Part shown: positions 1 through 28,313 of the stretch, piece after piece
Numbering within the stretch: position 1 is the stretch's first letter
Layout: each line of letters starts with the position of its first letter
NCBI RefSeq assembly: GCF_001949145.1
Contig: NW_019091356.1
Span: 1,550,789-1,614,591 of the forward strand
Direction: 5' to 3'
Length of the DNA: 63,803 nt
DNA from: Acanthaster planci
Lineage: Eukaryota
Made by a program: the position numbers and the translations under genes
The notes under the pieces: model-generated
Told to the model about the DNA's origin: nothing
Seen by the model: only the letters and a program-made list of their open reading frames with translations
The model's database searches: none

Positions 1-3000
1 TGTCTGGACTTCTGTAATGTTTAAAACATTATTTTGGACCTCTTTTGATGTGACAGTTTCTACAAATAAAAAGTTCACATGTTGTTGCCCCTGTGTTTAT
101 GCCCTGACGCTTCCTTGAGAAAGCTTGTCTGGTTGTCATTTGGAAAATGCGCAATTCAATTTAAACTCTTGGAAACAGTTTTGCACTTGTCTTTGGTAAA
201 GCAAAAAAAATGTTTCCGTTCAAGACAACATAGTAATGCAAGCTGGATAATTACAATTTGTTGTCAAACATAACTGAATGTTAGACAGGGTTTTTTTAAT
301 GTCAGAATGTTCGGTAAAATTGAAATCCAGAAAATATTTTCCCACCAAATGAACTAGTTATATGAATTTTCTTTGGCTGGCAAGCAAAGAGAACATTTTT
401 TTCATGTAATTGTGGAGTTCATGAAATAGTTGGCAGTAAAAAAATTCTGAAGTGACACATACCGGTACTTTTGCAATGGTGTTAGACTGACTGAAAATTG
501 AAAAATGCCAATAATTGAAATTAATGCTCAGACATGGGCTATACAGGAAGCTTTTATAACATGCTGGTTTTATCCGTCTGCCATGTGCAGATGTGGAGTG
601 TCTCATTTGCCAATTAAACCCGTTGATGTCACATCAAGCATCCCTGAGCACAATTAAAAACATGAGGAAAACAGACCCACCACTCGCCTTGAGTCTCCTA
701 AAATGCCAGCCGGAATTTGAAAATAACTCCTTGAGTATCTGCCTTGAAAAACAAAGCTGCTAATTATGGAAACTGCTCCAAAAAATGTCTGATTTCATTC
801 CCCTCTCCCCCCCCATGGACCTCCAGTGGCCAGATTTCTATCTTCAGCCGGGTATAAATGTCAGTACGGCCCCGTGTGATTTTTTTTTTTTTTGGTCTTT
901 TTTTTCCCCTCTAATCGTAGCCTGATGCAAACACGGTTTTCTCTCAATAGCCTGCAATGGTTTGGAGCAAATCAATAGCCAGCGACGTCCTGGCCTCCAG
1001 TGTGTTTGGCTGGCCGCTAATGACATCAGCCGGTTGGGTTCTCAGGTGGCGTGTTTGGTTGCTAGCTTGCCAGGGTTAGCCCTGAGGTCAGCAGTGAGCC
1101 GGGGTGACATCATCAGCAACGTCAAACACGGCCAGCATGCCAGTGAGACACGGGGAGTATACAGCGAGTGATGATGATTTTCTCCCAGTAACAGTGGGCC
1201 GGCCTCATTATAAGACGATTGCGGAGCCCTGTGCATACCAACCCCGTGTGCATTATGTGCTTGCTGTTGCTGTCGGGGAGTCATATGCACGATAATGTAA
1301 AGTGGCATGCCAAGTACGGGTACATGTACATGTAGTGTGCATGGGAACCTTATGAGTACCGTGGGCATACATGCACATTGTACATGTGTGTACGTACAGT
1401 GCATATAGTGAAATCTTGTCTACGAGAGAGGGTAGCGACGAGCCACCCTATTGTTTATGTACATGTTCTGCATACATCTGGGGGAGTTTCTCAGTGTGCC
1501 TACAGTGCATTTCATTCAGTGATGCTGTCTACTGGTACATCTCTCTCCCCCTCTCTGGCCGCATCTCAGTAACCGCGACGACAGGGATGAATGTTGAAGT
1601 GGCTGAAGCTCGTGCATGAATTACGGTGGCATTGCGGACCGGAAACAGTGGCTTGAAACCCCCCCTTCCACAAGCCTCTGTACACACAGATTTGGTGTGA
1701 CTTCCTTCTCCGAAGTAAGTACTCGGACAGACGGAACTGGCCGTCAGGATCCTCTGTACCTGCCGTGGGGATAGTGTTACTGACAGGGACAGCGTGGATA
1801 AATAGCCAGCTCTCTGCCTGGTTGGATGGGATGCAGAATTCTGATACAGAATCTTGTCACTCGTGATTTTTCTCTACTGTCTTCATCGTCAATACGGTAT
1901 CAGCATTGGATAGTCAGTATTGCACGACGTGTGGATGTTTGTTTTGACAATTGAAGGCCCTACTTGATTTGAAACCATTCAAATTAAGCCTGTTACCCTT
2001 ACAATAGCGAGTAAATGGACAAGGTATACATGGATTCTGCCATTCTGATAAAACGTTTCTTAGAGTGTTTGTTTGCCGCATAGTTAGGAAGATGCATTAA
2101 AATCAATTGTTCCAAATTATTTCTGGTGAAGAGCCATCCGGGACAGGGAACGATTTACTTGATGCCTCTGCTTTTGAAATTTGTGGAAATTCCGAGCTCA
2201 AAGTGAACAGCACAGAATACGGATGTACCAAAACATGATCAAACAAGATAAATTATGTATGCAAAGTGGTTCATGTACTTCTTCTGCTGCTGAGCATTTA
2301 TTGTATCTCTCCTCAATAATGAGCCTGCATGGTTTAGTGACAATATAATGTACAGTACATGTACACTGTACACTTAACTCAGTCATGTCTGTCAGTGTCT
2401 CCAGTGCGGTATAGCGCATACCCGTGCTAGGGTGCACACCCCCTGTGCATTATGTCTGAAATGATAAATATGTACTTGGGTTACACTGAGACTAAATTGC
2501 CTAATGAAGTCAAGGTTGTGCTTAGATTCTGCAGGGTTGACAGCCAGGTCAATGATCCCTGCATTATAATGTCTTGTACTGCAGGCATTGACAATATACA
2601 TGTTGTCATTTTTTGGCTTTCTAAAATGTTAATTCATAAAAGACATGTTTTAAGATTAATTCTTACATTACATGTGTAACAATTTTGTTTAAGGGCATTT
2701 TCCCTTACCAGGTCTGGCATAATGATGTACATGTGCATATAACTGTACACATGTACATGTAAGTAATACACAAAGGTACACTTCTACACAAGTGTAAATT
2801 TTTTGAATGAGAGAGGGACTCTTCACCAAACACCAATAACCCTTGGGGTTAGTCATCAATCTTTCCATGTTTGACCTCTGACAGCCCCTTCAACCCATAA
2901 CCCTCATCAGCATCGTAACCTGCCCCCCTGACTTTCATTAACGATTATATGCCGATAGAAGAAAATCCACGTTAGATTTTGATTCCAACTCTGGTAGGTA

Positions 3001-6000
3001 ATACCAGCTTGAAGTGATGTTTCCACAAATTACAAAGCCGGGCTATATGTATGGTCAATGCACTCATACGCTTCCTGTCGCAGGCACCGTGTCCTCGTTA
3101 CCCCTACTTCTGTATTCTGAACTTACGTAGCATTGGTCATCTTTACCAATTCCTTGTTTCGTGGGCAGGCCTTTTCTTTCTTTCTCATTGTTTTCATTTT
3201 TTCTTCCTCCGCACAGGGTTTTCAATCACAGCGCATGTCTGCATGTACATGCACCTGCACCTGTAGAAGTTGATTCTTTTACCAATTCAAGTCTGCTAGC
3301 TGCCTGTGTAGCGTCTGTTTTCCCAGGTAGGTTTCTGTTTAATAAAGGCAGAGGATTCCTCGTTCAGTTGTTAGTGTCACCCTCTTGAGAATCCCCCCCC
3401 CTCACAAAGCAGTTAATCTTTCGTGAGACATTTTGAGGCATTGTTTAGCACAGCGTGTCCTGAAAACGCTCGATTATTTTCATTGGCCCAGTTCCACGGA
3501 GGTGAATGTTTGGTATTACGGTACCTTGACTCGAGAAAGAAGGTTAAAAGTGAACGGGAACAAACTCTTGAAATTGAGAGCAAGCCAGCAAGGGTTGAGG
3601 AAAACAAAGAGGGACACATCATTTTGGGTCGAGCCACGCCCGGGGTGCAGTGTATAGTACACGTCCGAGGGGGGGTATGTGGGATGACACCCCCCCCAAT
3701 TGTCTTGCATGCCCAGAAGATTCTCCTAACTGTTGACCAAAAAGAGTGATGGTTTAATGAGATGGCTATCTTTGTCCACTATGAACATGGTCCCCTGTTA
3801 CTATATGTAGATGGCTACAAGCCTCCTACGTTTTTCGCTGCTCAGCTGATGCCACGAACAGATGAAAGATGCAAGACAGCACCATTAAACCTAATTCGCA
3901 TACACCTCCAGCGCACAATCAGTGTCTGCAGAGCAAGAAATCCTCGTGGAGTTTTGACATACATGTAACTTCAGGAAAAGTTCCTGCTCCTGTGCTTTGG
4001 CAATGGGAACTCAGAATAAGACAGGGCTATTTGTTGTCACTAATTTCCTGGAAACTCAGAGAGTGAAACTTTGGGGAGACTGCGGTTTATCACCGGTTCA
4101 CATACACGTATCCTCGTCTTCCTCAAAGAAGAAAAAAAAGTTGAATCGCTGTTTTGCAGTTGACATATTTACATGGTGCCTATCAACAGCAGGCCACCTC
4201 CAACAGTGTATAGCCATCTGTACATGGATGTATTGCGCATAGACTATAATGTGCGCTTGACTTGCTTGGATAGACTCTCCTATTGAATTCACTATTTACC
4301 AGTGGCTAGTAATGAGTACATGTATATAGAAGAACATCCACCATGACTCAGTTGCAGCATTGAACTCTGCCACAACATAACCACACCTCTACATGGTCCC
4401 ATATCGTTCCATACCCGGCAGTCTTGATCTTTTACTATATCCAAGCGACGACTCAGTTTCACCCACTTTTAAATAATGGGTTCACTGTGTCGTTACCAGG
4501 AACAGTGGTACCCGGAAGTGGATAGTGGATGGGGTTTTAACCAACCAGTTTTGTCATTTCTATTAGAGATCAGTGGGACCTTTGCTGAGCTTTCAAGTTG
4601 TAAAACTCCAAGGACGTACGTGTATTATACATGCACATGTGTGTCCCTGTGTATGACCTTTGCAATGAACCCACAAATTCCAGTCACAGGTCATAAATGT
4701 CTTTAGAATGCTGCGTTGGAGACATTGTTGATGCTGGTGTGAAAGCGTAAAATAATACCGTCAACAAGTTTGGCAAGAATGCCTTCAAAGTTTAGAGCAC
4801 AGACAAGATTGAAAGTGTACATAGAAAAAGTACATGTGCCGGCATATCTCAGTGGTCCAGGAGAGGATTGCTGTTGGATGAGTCGTTGCTGCGATTGTTT
4901 AAAAAAAAAGAAGATGTTGATACCATCAGGGCACAGAATCACCCGCGCACAAGGTTGGGTTCAGCGTGTTAGTATCGGTTGGAAAAACACACTGATGTAG
5001 AGCCCGTGGGCAAGCTGGTACCGCACCGGGGACTTTGAGGTGAGGATTGCTGCATACAGTGTATCAAAAGAAGATTTTCTTGTAACGTCAAAGTTTTTGC
5101 AAACAGAACCTGTTTATCATGCTTTGTCGGCACAGCAATCAAAAGAAACCTAATAGTTGTACATGAACGGAATCGTAGGTAAACGTGCCTGAATGAATAG
5201 AATGGAGACTCGCTACATAGATGTAACCATTTTCTCCGATGAAATTGATGGCGCATGTGCTGTCCAACTGGAACTTTACAGAGAGATGAAGCAATTGGTC
5301 ATAAATTTGCCAGTTATTTTTGGCAACATTTCCCAGAAGACGAACTGTGGCGTTGCTCTTTTCTCTAGGATATACATGTATGGAACAGTTGGGATGTTAA
5401 GACTAAAGAGAAACAGCCACTTGCCTTGTTCCTCTAAGGCGTTTAACTACTGAGGGAGAAATACTAAAACAAGGCAGTAACAGGCCTAAAAAAGTGCAGA
5501 GCTGGCAAACAGCCTCACCGACAAATACTTCCGCAGACGGGACGTACATATATATACGCAAATTACATTTTCCCTTGAAGTGTGAAATGCACCCACGTCG
5601 TCCGTCCGTGTCTTCTGGCATTTTTTTTTTCTTAAAGGGCATGCCAGCTCCGTTGACATTTCCTATAAAGCCTCTTCCCTGTTGATCACCGACGAGGATC
5701 AGTGATTAGGATGTACATGTACCATTGACCGCAGAAATCTCTGAAAACAACTGCACAGCAATTTTGATTTTACTTTGGTGAGAGGGGCATGGCGGCAATG
5801 TTTTCTTGTCAGCAGAAACTCAAAGCGCTGACCCCTTGGGACATAACTCTAAAACGTCTCAACTCTTGTGGTCAGTGCTGTTTACTTGGATAATGCCGTG
5901 CCTTGTTTTCAAGAGAAGGAATGCAAAAATTTACATGTGTAAGTACTGTATTTGTTGCCGGAAAAAATAATTAATTGATTACGAAAAAATAATTAATGGC

Positions 6001-9000
6001 ATGTAAAAAAAATAATAAGGTATCCATAATTGTTGTCTTAAGGTTACTCTCCACACCCCCCATAAAATGCACACACAAATACTTGTGCCTTTACAGGGAT
6101 GTTATTACTCTGGCACGACAAATCGTAATTTTGAAAATTTTGATGGGAAGATTAGTGAGGATGTGGTTGCTGATGAACGCACGCTGGCCAAGATTCATGA
6201 GAAGCAGAACTGTTGCTCTGGTTGTTTGATATGATGTCTGGTCACGAAACCAGAGATTTCTTCCCAAGAAATGACTTGGAAAAGATGAAAAGATACTTGG
6301 TTGGCATTTTATGCTGCAGAAAAGATGATCTTGTCCATGTTACAAGTGGCTTTGAACCCCAGCCAACCTGGCACTAACCCCCCAATGTACAGTACTTACA
6401 CCCCCAAAAAACATCCCATGTGTGTTGTTGAACAATGAGTCAGTCTCTCATAATCAGCCTTACTGACAGAATAACGCTTTTTCCCTTCAAAAGAAATTGT
6501 TATGAACATGTGCCAGGCAATATGTCGTCAACTAGGTACATACATGTACATATGTATGGGGGGAATGGGCGTACATGTCTTCAAGAAGACTCGTATTCAT
6601 CTGCTGTTTGCGCAAATCCTCCTCTGCTGCGCTTGGCTGATTTCATTCGCACGGTGATTTTTTCTCCCCATGAAAAATTCATCTGTTTGGGTTAAAGGCA
6701 TAATATAAGCAGTGCGATTCTGAACAGCCCCCCTCTGCCATTGCCATCTTGTTTTTTTTTTCTTCTTAATTGTGGAAGTGGCTTGGAGTGTTGGAATTTT
6801 GTGAAAGACCAAAGGTTGCAGGAATTTTTCTTCCGTACTGAAGGAGGAGGAACGTTTGTTGTCACCAGGATGACAGTCATGGTGTTTTTCCTCAAAACAT
6901 CAGCAAATTGTGAGAGTTAGATTTGGACCTGTCGCAGCTGTCTTTCAGTATTGTACCGGTGCATAGTATAATTATTTTTTGACAGTCAGGAATTACGTTT
7001 AGTGGAAATCATCAACCAGCTTTTTTCAACAATTTTGTAGGCTGTATCATCACCGCTTTTAGACAAAAAACCCTACAAACTGATTCTTCCGCTACAAGTT
7101 GCGGCATTAATGTACGGTGTTTCTTGTTAGGAGTCAATTGGCAACGTATGCAGATCGCATTACAAGCATCAGTACTCACACAATTGGTCACTGCGTGACA
7201 AGTATACTTGTACATGTTGTACAAATGTTCACGACTCATTTATGCTGTCCTGCTGCAAGATCGGTTTGCGTTACATACCTGAAATGCCACTGCACTATAT
7301 TACTAAAAAAAACATGTTGGGGACTGTCACGAAGGTACCTTTGATATTTAGGTGCGAACAAAAAAAATCACTGTTTTTGTCTTTCTTGTCACTTCCATTT
7401 CCTTATCTAACCTAAAAATAACAGCTCCACCTCTCCGAAATTGATGTGTTGGCCTTTTAAATATGGAACGTTTTTTTATTGGGACCTGCAGACAGTATTA
7501 TGAAAAGAAAAACAAGAAATGCTATGGCGCTACATTTGCACGGAGCTACCTCAGCTGAGGAAAGTTCAGGGGTCGTCCGTGCCGAGAAACATTGGTATTC
7601 TGACGTCATTCCCGTCAGGTTTGACGTAACTCAACTGACAAATTCACGCGGGGAGGGTTGGGGATAATTGCATCTGTGAAGTCGGTGAGCGTCCAGCGTG
7701 CAGGGCCTTGTGCATCACAGCGACCAGGTCGGTTATTGGATGACGTTTGTTTGGTAACTGTGTGCGGTGGAGTAATGGCCGTGTTTGTGGTCTGATGATG
7801 GCGGTCCCTGGCGTTGCTGTCTTACAGTGTGACAGTAATGGCTTAAACAGTTTGTCACTTACTGAGAGAAGAAATTAAATAAAATGCCAAATTCCATTTA
7901 GCTTTAGAGGCAAAAATGAGCTTTCCAAGATGGCATTGTTTGCCGGGATGTTGCACTTCTTCAAGACACTGTTTACTTTTGACAAGGTAGAAATGTTTAG
8001 AACTGTTTGCCTATTAGGCAATCTACAAAGGAGCCATCCAGAATAATTTCCTATTCTTTCACAGATGTTGTGGATTTTACAGGCGGGGCATAAAAAAATG
8101 GAAATTGGTGAAAATGCACATTCCATTGGGGGAGCTGAGGGGTCTGACCAACCTGCTTTGTTGCACCAGAACCATCAAAATCCATTAGTTGTTCATCTTT
8201 CAAATACCAGAACACATGTAGCATCCTCTTTAATAAGGGTGTGTGAAATAATTCCAAACCCTGCTTTGTTTTGAAGTGTGAGCACTTCAGTAGGTCAGAT
8301 TTTTGTTTTTTTAGTTTTAATGTTCAAAGCTTTAAGATCACTTAAAGTGCCAGCGGATTTTTAATCAGTTTCTTCAATCCTGCTTTGTGTGTGTGTGTGT
8401 GCAGGCGTAGCATACACAGTGTGGACCTCTACACAAAACAAGTCCACATAATGTAGGGTGCGATGGCATAGTGTGGACTCGCACACGTCCACACAATGTT
8501 TTCCCCTCTCTGAAAAACAGTTTTAGAGGCATTTTGGGGTCAAGGTTATCGTGGCAAAATGAAGAGGAACAGTCCAGGGACTCATCATCAAAAATCCAAC
8601 TCAAAGGAATTATCTTGGTTGGAGAAAAAGGAGCATTTTCCTCAGGTGTCCTTAACCACAGGAGAACAAAGGAATGTCCACACTCTGTATGTAAAACAGG
8701 TATTGGTGTGTGTGTGTGTAAATACTTGTGTTCACAAAACACAAAAGTCTTAAAATACTGGTTCAATAATCATCTCGATTTGTCCTTCATACAGAATTAA
8801 TACCCCCCCCTTGTTGCCTTTGTCTGACAGCCTGGAAAGATAAGTTAGCTTGGTTGCATTCTCTAGGATGTTAAGGCCCCATATTTGCATACTTGGTTAC
8901 CAGACTGCTGGTGTTTGGCATGACATGGAGGTCCAGCAGTATGGAGTTGGTGATTGGCATTTACCGATACTGCTTGACGTCAGTCCCTCGCAGCTTGATG

Positions 9001-9366
9001 GAAGGAGGGGGGAGGAAATGTAATACCTCTTGGCCATGTCTCGGGGGACGGGAATGTGACACTTGCATTTCTGCCTCTGCCACGATGTTTCTGCGAAAAA
9101 AGGGGAGCATCCACTGGGTTTGCCTCTTGCAAAAGGGTGGATTATGGCACTAAGGCAGGCATTTGCACGTCGTCGGAAATTGTAGATCCATTGTGGATGC
9201 CAAAGGCTTACGCTGCACACCATGGGGTGACTTCAACACCAGACGGGACTTGCCAACTTGGCCGGGGATTTTTGCAAAAAGAATCCCCCCTCCCCGCGTG
9301 CGTATGGGACCCTTTTTACAGGGCATTAGATGGGGGGGGGATATTTTTATGCTTTGTCTAATCCTA

Positions 9367-9380
9367 GTTACCATGGTAAC
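9367..9380. promoter_or_regulatory. RFX X-box palindrome
   Basis: GTTACCATGGTAAC, a perfect 14-bp palindrome matching GTTNCCATGGNAAC. Confidence 0.5.
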
Positions 9381-9659
9381 AACAGGAAGGGATGTGGAAA
9401 TCTCGGGCTTGCTGTCTGGCAAATACATGCGTATGTTGAAAACGAGTACACGTCTATCTGTTGTTCTCTTCCATACAGTGGATTCATGTGTTCTGACAGG
9501 TTGCATTCATGTACAGGATAAACATGCTATTGTGGATTTATGAGATTGAGCAACAACCCAAGTGTTATGGGATGTTAGTGCGTGTCTTTAGGATGACTGT
9601 ACCTCCCTAGCATCAGAGCAAACTTGATTCTTGTTTCAAAATTGTTGAAGGTATTTCAA

Positions 9660-10146
9660 GAGACCGGTAGGTCAAGGTTTGAAGTTTTTAAAATAATCTG
9701 AGGCAGTTGTACATGTATTTTACTAAAAGTCCACGTCCTAAGGGGCTTCCTTTCTCAGTCATGATCCCACATCATTTCATTTTCAGCTGTTTTCATAATG
9801 AATAATCCAACCAAAGGAACTACTTCATAGTATCTGTAATGTTCATACTTGGAGAAAAGCCAGGTTAGGTCATGCTCAGATATGTCTTTAACATTCTACT
9901 TGTTCTGTGTCAGATGGTTTTTTGCGAAATGAATACCAACAATGACTTGTTTTTCCTAAGAAAAATATCGGGACACAGCTTGTAAAACTGGCTGAATATA
10001 TCATCAAGACCAAACATCCTAGTAACTGTGTTGTTGACCAGACCTGAACCTGGCAGCATTAAAACCCAGTTTATGTTTTGCTCTTACACTTTGGCAGGGG
10101 GGGGTTGACGGTTATTTTATTTTATTTTTCTGGTCTAACGGGCCTC
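9660..10146. mobile_element. Possible Kolobok-like non-autonomous DNA transposon
   Basis: tcaa|GAGACCGGTAG ... CTAACGGGCCTC|ttaa; imperfect TIR with TTAA-like flanks. Confidence 0.35.
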
Positions 10147-13100
10147 TTAAGTAGATACGATTCACCCTGGGGCTAATCTGGAAAAAGAATTTCTTTGTTG
10201 TTATTATTGCTGCGGAAAAATGGGAAAGAAAAAGAGGAAAACAGAGGGACAAATCCAGTTCAACTTTGACATTTTACATTTTGTAAGTAGTGATTGTGTG
10301 GGGAGAATTCCAGGTTTGTGAATCGGTTTATTGACGTCATCTAGAAGAAGCTCTAGTTTCGGTTCCGAGGTTCCTATGCGGATTTTAGTGACCTCATTCT
10401 TCTTGCGGCATTAAAAGCCTGTCAACGGACGTGCCTTAACGCACTGTGTCCCCCCCATCATGGTGTACCCGGTTGACATTTTAATTTCATTATTCCCGTT
10501 AACGGCTGGAAGCAGAGAGGTCTTTTGTTGTCATTGCAGGCCAGGAAATAATTGCCCGGGATGCAAACTGTGCACCGGTCACATTTGGAGCATTGGCTGC
10601 CTTCCCCAGCCCCGTGTGTTCAGAAAACACGGCTGGCCTTAAAATGGCAAATGTTAAATTCGATTGATACGGGCCTTCTTGACATTTAAGGGGAATTTGG
10701 ACGGACGCATGTCTTGCGTACGAAGCTATTGATTTCGTCCATATTGATATTCTACAACAACTGTTTAGTTTACTTGCAGCACGAGATCTTAAAATACATC
10801 CAGGGTGAATTGTGTAAGTTCTCTTTAATGGAAGTTAAACTTTTTTGGTCTTATTTCTTTATGATACTGGTAGGAACAAAATGGGACACTTTAAACGCTA
10901 ATCTTTCCAAGTACATATACATGCAGGGATGGTTGTAAAATATTGCTGGAACTTGACAATCGTGTTTGTAGTCACTGTGTGTAAATTTACATTCACGGTG
11001 TAGCCATTCATAGATGCTGGTAATTAAAGTTTTTGTTTGTTTTTTAAATAAAAACAAACCAAACCAACCAAAAAAACACTTTCACCTTCAAGACTTGTAC
11101 AGTATGTACCAAAAGCATTCAAGTCTGCAAATATGTTGGTTTCCTTCTTTACATCCAGGGTTATCCATTCATTGAGAGAAACTCATGTGATCTCCCAAGG
11201 ATCCCATCTTAAACAAACTACACTACACTAAAATACAATTCAGCTTTTACGAGTGCACTGTGAGACTTAAAATGTCAGCAAAACAAAAAAAAACTGTACT
11301 GAAGATAAACAGCATTACAGCAGTACAGTACAAAAAAAGTACTAAGAATGACATCGACCGAGTTGTTCACAAGATAACTGCAATGCTAAACCACTTCAGA
11401 GTCTCAGACCATGTCCAAATCTACTGGCTATGGGTGCAGGTAATGCACATGTCAGTAGGAAGTGGCCGCAGTCGTAGCCAGTCATACCGATAGCATTTCT
11501 GCTATTGTCATCATATGCATTGTATATGTACTTTCATTTTCACCAAGAGTACAATGTACCTTCAGTGTGTCTTGGTGTCCAAATTCTGAAACAAAGAAAC
11601 CATTTATCTCCAAGGTGAACCCCCCCCAAAAAAATCAACCCAAAGTAACATGTATTTTCTCTCAAAGCACCGGCAAATGCCAGAAATGGTTGTTTTGGGT
11701 ATCAAATAAAAGCTTTAATTAATAGGAGGTTATATTTTCAAAATTCAAGATTTCGTTTAAATCTGATAATGCATTGTATAATAATTTCCATCAGTTACAT
11801 AATTCTTTTCGTTTTTTGTTCTGTCCAAGGAAGTTTAAACAGTAAATCTCGTAAGTCCATGCAGTCACTGAACTCGAATCCTAAATTATCGCACAAGTGC
11901 ATTGGTTCCTTTCAATTTTCGTGGAACTGTGAACTTGACGAAACTAATGCTCTTCAGCTGAAAGTATCCTTTACCCAAATCAATTTGGAACAAATGCTAG
12001 TCTTACATTTATAACATTGAGACATTGCAGGATTCTGTTGGTTGGTGGAAGTAAGAGGTATTAACCTAGCAAACCCGCATTCAGTTCAGTATCCTCATTT
12101 TGCAGGCCTCTTTCATGATCCTAGATGCTGCCTGGTATGAAGGAGCTTGGACATAGTAACATTTGAATTGCTGTGGTCTTTTGTAATGGACATTATCCTC
12201 ACACCACATCTACAAATTCAAATGAAATTTGTAGATTTGAAAAGACCATGTCCTAAGCTTTAATTTGATACCAAAACAACAGCAGCTACTGACAGTTACT
12301 TTTGGAGAAAAGAAGTGTTGCCTTTGATTTCATTTCTCTTTGGTCATCCGATACATTTACTGATCAAAATAGAATTGAAATGTCTGTTTAAAAGAGGAGG
12401 GACTTGCCACAGGAGCGAAGTCTTCCGCTCGTCTCTTGGGCTGTCCCATTCAGCTTTTTTGTGAACAGTGTAAGGAGGAAACAACCGAAGGAAAAAAAAC
12501 CTAAGATTTTTAGCTGTTCAGATTGCTACAAACTTGTTTGTTATATCAATAACAACACACTTTAAATGATAATGCACACGTAGAGTTCAACTTTACAGAT
12601 ACAAACAGACCTCTGAACTAATGCCCACTTAAATGTTGAAGACACAATATTCAAGTGCACGGTGACAGGTGCAGGGTTCTCAAAACCTGCATTAAATTGG
12701 CATCTACATGTAAGCTTACGTTGAATAGGTACATGTACATGTATGTACACCTAGGTCCTATAATAAGCAAATATACATGCACACTTTGTGTACAAACACA
12801 TGTAGATTCTCAAGTACATGTGCCTCGGATACATGGATAACCCTGGCACTTTGCGTCGTGAAATATTTGTCAGCATTAATTACTTCCTGATTATTTATTC
12901 AATAAAGCTCTCCTCTGGTATTTGAGGATGCATGTGAATGGTTCCAGTGAAATGTGATGTGCTATCAGACCACTGCCAAAGTATCTCTCTCCATCAGACA
13001 GTGCTTAGGCCGTGGAGAACTCAGCACAAGCAGTGTACAGATCTACGGATGATGTTGTAAATATAATGCAGAATTGAGCCCATCAGAACCGTGAAGTGTC

Positions 13101-14526
13101 TCAATCGTACTGCCGAGACGGATGCACGTGTAGTGCATTCACACCGTTTTTTTTTTTCTTCTTTTGCCATTCAACGATAGTTCCTCCAAACCTGGTGATT
13201 CACAGCCCAGCACATTGAGACACGCTCAGACGTGGCTGCTACATAGCACATACATGTATTCCTCCCACTGTACCGTTAACTCCGTCACATTATGTCTCTC
13301 CCACCCCCCTCCCCCCCCGATCTGGGTCTGAAGCGAATTATGCTAATTCTATGTCAAGTATGTACAGCACTGTGCATCTAGATGTACATTGCTGTGTTGA
13401 GTTCCCCCGGGGCTCCCTGTCGCTCTTTATGTCCCTCCCCCTCTCTCTCCCCACTCCCCCCCAAAAAAATTTCCGTGATAGATTCCCAGCATCCAACAAA
13501 CGATGTCATGTACATGTACTTGATGCTTTCATAAAAATGCAGGAACATTGGATCACTACAGTACATGTAGATTGGGCTTTGATGTATGAGTTACACCAAC
13601 TGAATTTTATGTAAAATTTATTTTGATTGTCTGTTATTCTGGTCAGTTTTTCTGATTTGTGTCATTCTTAGATATTGTTGTGTGTGAGGTGGTAAACAAT
13701 TTACATTGTATGAAAACCCATGTTGTTGGCTGGGTTTTTGGCTATGTGCGTTAAGCCTGTGTGCAAGGCGTTGAAATATGTTAAGCAATAAATAAATTCC
13801 TGTGGTTTTGTGCAGTACTGAACCCTGTCTTTGAGTGGATAGGAGAGCGTGCATAGTCCGAGACTGTACATGGTGCTCTTTGAGAAAAAATGAAAATTTT
13901 AATAAGGTGAGACTCGAAAGCGTATTCTCTGTGCAGCGTGATATTTAAATTCAATCTAAGTCAAACTGTATTTCTGTTTAATTTCAGAGAACATGTATTC
14001 TGCAGTTGGCGGCTAGCCAAAGTGGAGTCAAATGATAAAGACAAGACTACACCATTGCCCCACAGTGACAGCTATTTCGCCCATCGCCCGCTGCCCGTCA
14101 ACGAGGGAGAAATTCAACTCACATAATCCACAACATTATTTAAAGGTACTCGTATTCGATAGACAGTAGTGACTGCATTATGTCTGTATAGTTCACCATT
14201 ACTCCTGGAGAATCGTTGCGGTGAACCTGTTCTGCATCAGTCCACATCCAACACAGAGGGGTCAACTGCACAATCTGTTGAAATATTAAGGTTCTAAATG
14301 GAATTAGCAGTACATGGAAAGTGAACCTGTGAAACTTTTATTCAGCGTCAGGCTCAAACAGAAGTGGAGTTAGTTCATGGGTATAATGCAAAAAAAAAAA
14401 CAAGATTGATGCCAAGCATAGTTCTTGAAAGTGCTGTCCAGAAGTTAATTGATCAAGGGCTCCACTGTGTCGTTTTCAGGGACATAGTTCCAATGGAGCA
14501 GGGAATGTAATGTATGAGTGAGTATC

Positions 14527-28313
<13,787 letters not shown>

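Larger units (their letters stand above)
7601..10339. promoter_or_regulatory. Cluster of full CRE palindromes upstream of the R3HDM/ARPP21-like CDS
   Basis: TGACGTCA at 7601, 8975 and 10332, plus TGACGTAA at 7622. Confidence 0.4.

Noticed and set aside
10220..10288. ATG-initiated MGKKKRKTEGQIQFNFDILHF followed by GTAAGT, a possible alternative first exon
   Set aside because: Splicing to the 14480 exon hits stops in all frames; no homology or other support.
1..14400. Numerous 60-130 aa ORFs in the first 14 kb
   Set aside because: No recognisable domains or coding-like composition. The region is probably upstream or 5' intronic sequence of the R3HDM gene, and its non-coding exons cannot be placed reliably.
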